Shown here: piece after piece, positions 58,341-64,000 of the stretch | Position numbering within the stretch: position 1 is the stretch's first letter | Layout of the letters: each line of letters begins with the position of its first letter | From: Desulfatiglandales bacterium | GTDB lineage: Bacteria > Desulfobacterota > DSM-4660 > Desulfatiglandales > HGW-15 | Direction: 5' to 3' | Length of the DNA stretch: 64,000 nucleotides | NCBI GenBank assembly: GCA_963667015.2 | Contig: CAXXJJ010000004.1 | Span: 640,001 to 704,000, forward strand | Made by a program: the position numbers and the translations under genes | Notes under the pieces: generated by a model | Databases searched by the model: none | The model's input: only the letters and a program-made list of their open reading frames with translations | What the model was told of the DNA's origin: nothing

Positions 58341-60431
58341 TTATGCAGCCTTGAACATTTTTCTCATGCTGAATTCCTGCTGTTTGCCGTTGTTCCACTG
58401 CTTGACAGGCCTTAGATATCCCACAACCCTTGAATACACCTCTGTTTCCATTCCGCAGATACTGCACTTCTCCTGGTTTCCGGAAAGGTACCCATGAGAC
58501 GGGCAGATACTGAAGGTGGGTGAAAGGGTAAGGTAGGGAAGCCTGAAGCCTGATACCACCTTTTTAACAAGCTTCTTAACCATTTCGTTTTCGCTTATAT
58601 TTTCTCCAAGATAGATATGCATTACCGTGCCGCCCGTATACTTTGTCTGAAGTTCATCCTGGAGAGTAAGGGTCTCGTAGATATCATCGGAATAGTTGAC
58701 CGGAAGCTGGGTCGAGTTGGTGTAAAAAGGCTCACCGCCTGCCTTGTATGCATCTTCATTGGCACATATTATCCCGGGATATTTTTCCTTGTCTTTTATT
58801 GCAAGCCGGTATGTTGTTCCCTCGGCAGGTGTTGCTTCAAGATTATAGATATCACCCGTCTTTTCCTGAATAGCAGCCATCGCATCCCTGAGATAATCCA
58901 TGACCTTTAGAGCAAAATTCCTTCCGGATTCGCTGGCAATATCATTACCCATAAAGTTCAGACAGGCCTCGTTCATACCGATAATACCTATGGTTGAAAA
59001 ATGATTTTTCCAGTACCGGCCTGATCCCTCCTTTATTTCTCTCAGGTAAAATTTTGAATAGGGGTACAGATTATTCTCCGTAAACCTCTCCAGTATCTTC
59101 CGTTTTATATCAAGGCTTTTCGCAGCCAGATCTACCATACTGTCGAGTCTTTCAAAGAAATCCTTCTCATCCTCAGCAAGATAGCCTATCCTTGGAAGGT
59201 TAATGGTCACAACGCCAATGGAGCCGGTTAAGGGATTGGCACCGAAAAGCCCTCCTCCCCTTTTCATCAGTTCACGATTATCGAGCCTCAGACGGCAGCA
59301 CATTGACCTTGCATCCTCAGGAGACATATCCGAATTTACAAAGTTTGAAAAATAGGGAATGCCGTACTTTCCGGTCATCTTCCAGATGCTGTCCAGATTG
59401 GGGTTTTCCCAGTCAAAATCAGCCGTGATGTTATAGGTGGGTATAGGGAAGGTAAACACCCTGCCCTTTGCATCCCCTTCCATCATGACATCTGCAAATG
59501 CCCTGTTAAGGATATCCATCTCCGGCTGGAATTCACTGTACTTTTCGCTTCGCTCCACACCTCCGGCAATAACATGGTTGTCCTTGAGCATGGATGGTAC
59601 ACACAGATCCATCGTAATATTTGTAAAGGGTGTCTGGAAGCCGACACGAGTGGGAATATTGATATTGAATACGAATTCCTGCATTGCCTGCTTAACCTCT
59701 TTATATCCGAGGTTATCAAACCTGATAAAGGGGGCAAGCAGAGTGTCAAAATTGGATATTGCCTGGGCCCCGGCTGCCTCACCCTGCAGGGTATAAAAGA
59801 AATTCACTATCTGCCCCAGGGCTGATCGCAGATGTTTTGGCGGTCCGCTTTCCACCTTTCCTTCTACGCCCTTGAAACCGTTTACCAAAAGGTCTTTAAG
59901 ATCCCATCCAACACAATAAACCGATAAAAGGCTTAAATCATGAACATGAATATCCCCGCCTTTGTGTGCATGTCTGATTTCAGGAGGATAGATACTGTTA
60001 AGCCAGTATTCTGAGGTTACATCTGAAGATATGTAATTATTCAATCCCTGTAACGAAAATGACATATTGCTGTTTTCTTTTATCTTCCAGTCCAGCTTCT
60101 GGATGTAGTGGTCCACCAGGTCGATGTTAGATTTGGTGGAAATAGCCCTGATCTGGGCATGCTGCTCCCTGTAAAGGATGTATGCCTTGGCGCTTTTATA
60201 AAATGGTGTGTCAAGGAGAACCCTTTCGACTATATCCTGTATCTCCTCTACCTCCGGCTGCTCTCCAAGCCTGAGATCATGCGCAAGGGTAAGTACTCTA
60301 AGGGTCATTTTCCTGGCTTCCCTGTCAGTAAACTCTCCTGTCGCCTTTCCGGCCTTTGCTATTGCTGACTCAATTTTTGAAGAATCAAATTCAACAATCC
60401 TTCCATCGCGTTTTTTAATCATTTCAATCAT
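58341..60431 (-). CDS. nrdD: Class III anaerobic ribonucleoside-triphosphate reductase with ATP cone
   Basis: IKKRDGR ATP cone, SMCCRLRLD, EATPAEG, YTGGT, CxxH...CxxC, YSRVVGYLRP glycyl radical motif. Confidence 0.96.
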   Translation of the reverse strand: MIEMIKKRDGRIVEFDSSKIESAIAKAGKATGEFTDREARKMTLRVLTLAHDLRLGEQPEVEEIQDIVERVLLDTPFYKSAKAYILYREQHAQIRAISTKSNIDLVDHYIQKLDWKIKENSNMSFSLQGLNNYISSDVTSEYWLNSIYPPEIRHAHKGGDIHVHDLSLLSVYCVGWDLKDLLVNGFKGVEGKVESGPPKHLRSALGQIVNFFYTLQGEAAGAQAISNFDTLLAPFIRFDNLGYKEVKQAMQEFVFNINIPTRVGFQTPFTNITMDLCVPSMLKDNHVIAGGVERSEKYSEFQPEMDILNRAFADVMMEGDAKGRVFTFPIPTYNITADFDWENPNLDSIWKMTGKYGIPYFSNFVNSDMSPEDARSMCCRLRLDNRELMKRGGGLFGANPLTGSIGVVTINLPRIGYLAEDEKDFFERLDSMVDLAAKSLDIKRKILERFTENNLYPYSKFYLREIKEGSGRYWKNHFSTIGIIGMNEACLNFMGNDIASESGRNFALKVMDYLRDAMAAIQEKTGDIYNLEATPAEGTTYRLAIKDKEKYPGIICANEDAYKAGGEPFYTNSTQLPVNYSDDIYETLTLQDELQTKYTGGTVMHIYLGENISENEMVKKLVKKVVSGFRLPYLTLSPTFSICPSHGYLSGNQEKCSICGMETEVYSRVVGYLRPVKQWNNGKQQEFSMRKMFKAA

Positions 60432-60616
60432 AGATAATACCCTCGGAACACTTAAAACATTTACAAAAAACGGCTTACCCTACATTTTTTCCGGAAATAC
60501 CGGATTTGAAGTTAATCATTTGACCTCCGCAAAGGACAACCGAAATAACCCTACAGGAATTGTATTAATACTGCAGATAGATTGATCAAACGTTAATAGT
60601 GAGTGCGAAAAAAATA

Positions 60617-60664
60617 CACCAATATATTGGGGCCTGTCAACCCAAAAAAATCAATATATAGTAT
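60617..60664. promoter_or_regulatory. Tandem NrdR boxes overlapping the nrdD promoter
   Basis: CACCAATATATTGGGG (60617-60632) and AATCAATATATAGTAT (60649-60664), 32 bp apart, match the core of acaCwAtATaTwGtgt. Minus-strand TTGACA lies between them. Confidence 0.8.
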
Positions 60665-60806
60665 TTTTTATTCTCAGGCGGTAATTATTTAATTTTTAAC
60701 CTGCACTGTCAATGATATTGATAATGCAGGCAATAAAACTTCATTGTTTTTACCCGATAAAGGGAAAAATATAAGGATGGAAAATATTATGATATGAAAA
60801 TTTGGC

Positions 60807-61028
60807 TTAATTCCAGATTTTTATAATTTTTATAAAGTTCTGGGTATTCTTTTCGATTTCTTTAATCCTTCTCCATTTATTCGATACCTGCAGGATAATT
60901 CCGCTTATCAGAAAACCAACCATCCCGCCCTGATAATAATCGATCCATGTAATATCCCCGATATTTATCGAGCAGCTCATATACATACTAAAAACCGTAA
61001 CGATTATAACAAGTATTAATGCCAGCAT
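60807..61028 (-). CDS. Small two-TM hypothetical membrane protein
   Basis: 73 aa with two hydrophobic stretches and an AAAGGA RBS. Confidence 0.45.
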   Translation of the reverse strand: MLALILVIIVTVFSMYMSCSINIGDITWIDYYQGGMVGFLISGIILQVSNKWRRIKEIEKNTQNFIKIIKIWN

Positions 61029-61319
61029 TTTGTTGTCCTTTCCTGTAATTTGCTTATGACTTATCTTTCTTCTTTTTTTTAATACACCTGCTTATTATAA
61101 GTGTATCAATTATTATACTTAGCTGATTAACCATTTATTACAGGTGTGAAAGTAATCATTTTTTATCTAACTATATTAAATAGATACAAACCTGATTTAT
61201 TAACTCTCTGCACACCCGCCTATTTTAAATGCAAAAAAAATACCAACCGGGGAGTGAGCGTTAAAAAAAATCGTACTTTTTAACAATCCTATCAATACCG
61301 CAGATACAACCGGTCAATA

Positions 61320-62333
61320 TTATCTCTTCCTTTTCTTCTGATAGGTATATACAGCCCTGTTGTGTTCTGCCAGGGTACTGGAAAAGTGGTGGGAACCATC
61401 ATTTTTTGATACAAAATAAAGGTAGTCTGTTTTTGCAGGATAAAGCACAGCTTTAATGGAATCCTCTCCCGGATTGGCAATCGGACCTGGAGGAAGTCCT
61501 CTTATCACATAGGTATTATATGGTGTATGGGTGGAGAGATCTCTTTTTTTAAGGTTGCCTGAAAAATCTTTTATTCCATAGATGACAGTGGGATCACTTT
61601 CAAGCCTCATATGTTTTCTTATGCGGTTAAGGAACACACTTGCAATCAGGGGTCTTTCCGCTGCCTTTCCCGTCTCCTTTTCTACTATCGATGCAAGTGT
61701 AACGATCTCATGAAGTGTCATTCCACTCTCTTCTATCTTCTGCTCAAAGGGATCAGTTACCTGCCGGAATCTTTTTACCATTGCATCAACTATTGCACTG
61801 GCGTTCAGGCCTCTGGCAAACTGGTATGTATCCGGATACAGATATCCTTCCAGCCCGGGGCCATCGATGCCATAATTATTCGCGACCCCATCACCAAGGG
61901 CATAAAAAAGAAACTTTTCCCTGTCAATAAGGCCGCTGGCTGACAGTACCTCAGCGATCTGCTCTATGGAATATCCTTCAGGAATAGTAACAGTATGGGA
62001 TATAACTTCTCCCCTGGTTATTATCTCCAGTATTCTTCCGGGAGTCATCGAAGGATTCAGGATATATTCTCCGGCCTTTATCATCCTGCTGTAATCATTT
62101 ATCTTTGCCAGAAGCACAAATGCCGTACTGTTTTTAACAAGTCCTTCCTTCTCCAGTGCTCGTGATATCTCCTTCAGATGCATTCCTTCTCTTATAACAA
62201 TTGTCTCATCCTCTCCGCTTTCAAGGACCGGAGAGGTATAATATATCCACAGACCGGCACCCGCTCCCGTTATAGCAAAGAACAGAAGGATCGCAGTCAG
62301 AAGAACAGTAATCTTTGTTGATTTTTTCAGCAT
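61320..62333 (-). CDS. mltG: Endolytic transglycosylase
   Basis: N-terminal TM, IKAGEY, TIPEG, LEGYLYPDTY, LASIVEKE, SDPTV, YNTY..GLPPGPIANPG. Confidence 0.96.
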   Translation of the reverse strand: MLKKSTKITVLLTAILLFFAITGAGAGLWIYYTSPVLESGEDETIVIREGMHLKEISRALEKEGLVKNSTAFVLLAKINDYSRMIKAGEYILNPSMTPGRILEIITRGEVISHTVTIPEGYSIEQIAEVLSASGLIDREKFLFYALGDGVANNYGIDGPGLEGYLYPDTYQFARGLNASAIVDAMVKRFRQVTDPFEQKIEESGMTLHEIVTLASIVEKETGKAAERPLIASVFLNRIRKHMRLESDPTVIYGIKDFSGNLKKRDLSTHTPYNTYVIRGLPPGPIANPGEDSIKAVLYPAKTDYLYFVSKNDGSHHFSSTLAEHNRAVYTYQKKRKR

Positions 62334-62380
62334 TTATCCATCAATTTATAGTTTTACTCCGAAATAACATCAGGATAAGG

Positions 62381-63037
62381 TTAATCAGATCCCCATCCGT
62401 TCAGGGGACAATTATCACATTTTGGATTTTTTTTGCAATAATCCTTGCCGATCCGGACAAGGAGGGCATGAAACTCGTTAAAGAGTTCATGGTCCGGTTC
62501 GAGATTATCCATAAACAGGTCCTGTAGTTCATCATATGTTACCTGTTCATCTGCCATATTATGCCGGTTAAGTATCCTGTAGGTATATGTATCAATTACG
62601 AATATTGGCTTTTTTGCAGCATATAGGATGATGCTGTCTGCTGTTTCAGGCCCGATACCTTTTACAGATAAAAGTGCCATGCGCTGAGAGTCGACGCTCT
62701 CATTAAACAGCAGGGAGATATCACCCTCATATTCCTCCGCTATCATAGCGACCAGGTTCTTAAGCCTTTTTGATTTCAGATTATAATATCCGGCAGGCCT
62801 GATATATTCTGCCAGCTTTTCAGCAGAAATCTCATAAATATCCCTCACTGAAAGCAGTTTTTCTCTCTTAAGGTTTGACAGGGCCTTTTCAACATTTGTC
62901 CAGCTTGTATTCTGTGTGAGGATAGCGCCTGCCATCATCTCAAAGGGACCGTCTCCGGGCCACCAGTTCTGCGGCCCAAACCGGTCCAGCATAAGGTTGA
63001 ACATATCCATGAGTTTGTTTTGTGTATAGTCTGACAA
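62381..63037 (-). CDS. Endonuclease III-like HhH-GPD DNA glycosylase family protein
   Basis: GAILTQNTSW.NVEKA, LLSVKGIGPETADSI, CKKNPKCDNCPL FeS motif. Confidence 0.88.
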   Translation of the reverse strand: MSDYTQNKLMDMFNLMLDRFGPQNWWPGDGPFEMMAGAILTQNTSWTNVEKALSNLKREKLLSVRDIYEISAEKLAEYIRPAGYYNLKSKRLKNLVAMIAEEYEGDISLLFNESVDSQRMALLSVKGIGPETADSIILYAAKKPIFVIDTYTYRILNRHNMADEQVTYDELQDLFMDNLEPDHELFNEFHALLVRIGKDYCKKNPKCDNCPLNGWGSD

Positions 63038-63232
63038 TAAAATAATCCTTTCCTGGACGAAAACTTATTACCTTGACAGGTGAAGCAGGATACCTTAAAT
63101 TTACGCCGCATGTCAAATGAGCAGGGCACAGAATCTCTTAAAGTTACTGTGCCAGAGAGCCGTTAAAACAGATGAATACGTATAAATTTCATATATTATG
63201 ATTAACAGTTATTTAAAAGAGCAGTTATAAAA

Positions 63233-64000
63233 ATGCCTCCGGTACCAAAACTTACACATACAAGAAACATCGGCATCATTGCACACATTGATGCCGGTAA
63301 AACTACCACAACTGAAAGAATACTTTTCTATACAGGTAAAGTGCATAAGATGGGCGAGGTCCATAATGGCGAGGCCACCATGGACTGGATGCTCGAGGAG
63401 AGAGAACGTGGTATTACAATTACCTCGGCCGTGACCTCCTGCAACTGGGATAACCATATAATAAATATTATTGATACACCCGGTCATGTTGACTTTACTA
63501 TTGAGGTTGAAAGATCTCTCAGGGTCCTTGACGGCGCTATTGGTGTTTTCTGCGCAGTGGGCGGTGTTGAACCCCAGTCAGAAACAGTATGGCATCAGGC
63601 AGACCACTACAAGGTCCCCAAAATGGCCTTCATCAATAAGATGGACCGTATTGGAGCGGATTTTTTCAGGGTTATTGATATGATGAAGGATCGCCTGGGC
63701 ATTAAACCCCTTATCATTCAGTTACCCTGGGGCGCGGAAGATAATTTTAAGGGTATTATAGACCTGTTAAAGATGACGGCAATTGTCTGGGAGGATGAAA
63801 GCCTGGGTGCGGCATATGAAGAAATCCCTATCCCAGATGACATGATGGATGATGCACTGATCTATAGAGATCAGCTCATTGAAACCGTATCGGAATTCAA
63901 TGATGAGATAATGGAAAAATACCTGGCAGAAGAAGAAATTGATATCGCGGACCTGAAAAATGCGATTCGTCAGTCTACAATAAAGCTGGATTATGTGCCC
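63233..64000 (+). CDS. fusA: Elongation factor G, 5' part (runs off the window)
   Basis: Manual translation [31 protein letters not shown]...ERGITI...DTPGHVDF...NKMD. Absent from the ORF track because there is no stop in the window. Confidence 0.93.
   Translation, partial: MPPVPKLTHTRNIGIIAHIDAGKTTTTERILFYTGKVHKMGEVHNGEATMDWMLEERERGITITSAVTSCNWDNHIINIIDTPGHVDFTIEVERSLRVLDGAIGVFCAVGGVEPQSETVWHQADHYKVPKMAFINKMDRIGADFFRVIDMMKDRLGIKPLIIQLPWGAEDNFKGIIDLLKMTAIVWEDESLGAAYEEIPIPDDMMDDALIYRDQLIETVSEFNDEIMEKYLAEEEIDIADLKNAIRQSTIKLDYVP

Noticed and set aside
1..64000. tRNA, rRNA or prophage genes
   Set aside because: No cloverleaf or rRNA signatures and no phage structural genes recognised.

Overview
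Bacterial chromosomal window from an anaerobe. Gene content (Mop aldehyde oxidoreductase, TusE/DsrC-like protein, selenocysteine formate dehydrogenase, DapL, class III RNR) points to a Desulfobacterota-like organism; this is an inference. The window has five parts. (1) 1-3.3 kb: a decayed mobile/defence patch with a truncated serine recombinase, an orphan hicB and two SF1 helicase remnants. (2) 3.4-13.4 kb: a secreted LRR plus C25-like protease, and a blaI operon with two BlaR1/M56-TPR paralogues that are near-identical except for discrete variable loops. (3) 13.6-42.6 kb: metabolic genes, namely an OYE-family reductase, a translationally coupled mocR-radical SAM-dapL unit followed by lysA, two aldehyde dehydrogenases, a NuoF-cluster/GltD fusion with a Sec-FDH (UGA plus SECIS), mop-tusE-cysteine desulfurase, and a FecCD-type ABC transporter. 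(4) 42.6-55.4 kb: a type I-C CRISPR-Cas locus (42 repeats, 41 spacers, frameshifted cas3) carrying two four-helix-bundle genes, a third remnant and a 150-bp MITE. (5) 55.5-64 kb: housekeeping genes typA, nrdDG with NrdR boxes, mltG, an endonuclease III-like gene and a partial fusA. Three genes show a net -1 frameshift that may be assembly error. The best candidates for undescribed systems are the variable-loop BlaR-TPR pair with its LRR-protease neighbour, the radical SAM enzyme sitting where DapF would be needed, and the mop-TusE-desulfurase unit. All family calls come from motif recognition by eye; no searches were run.
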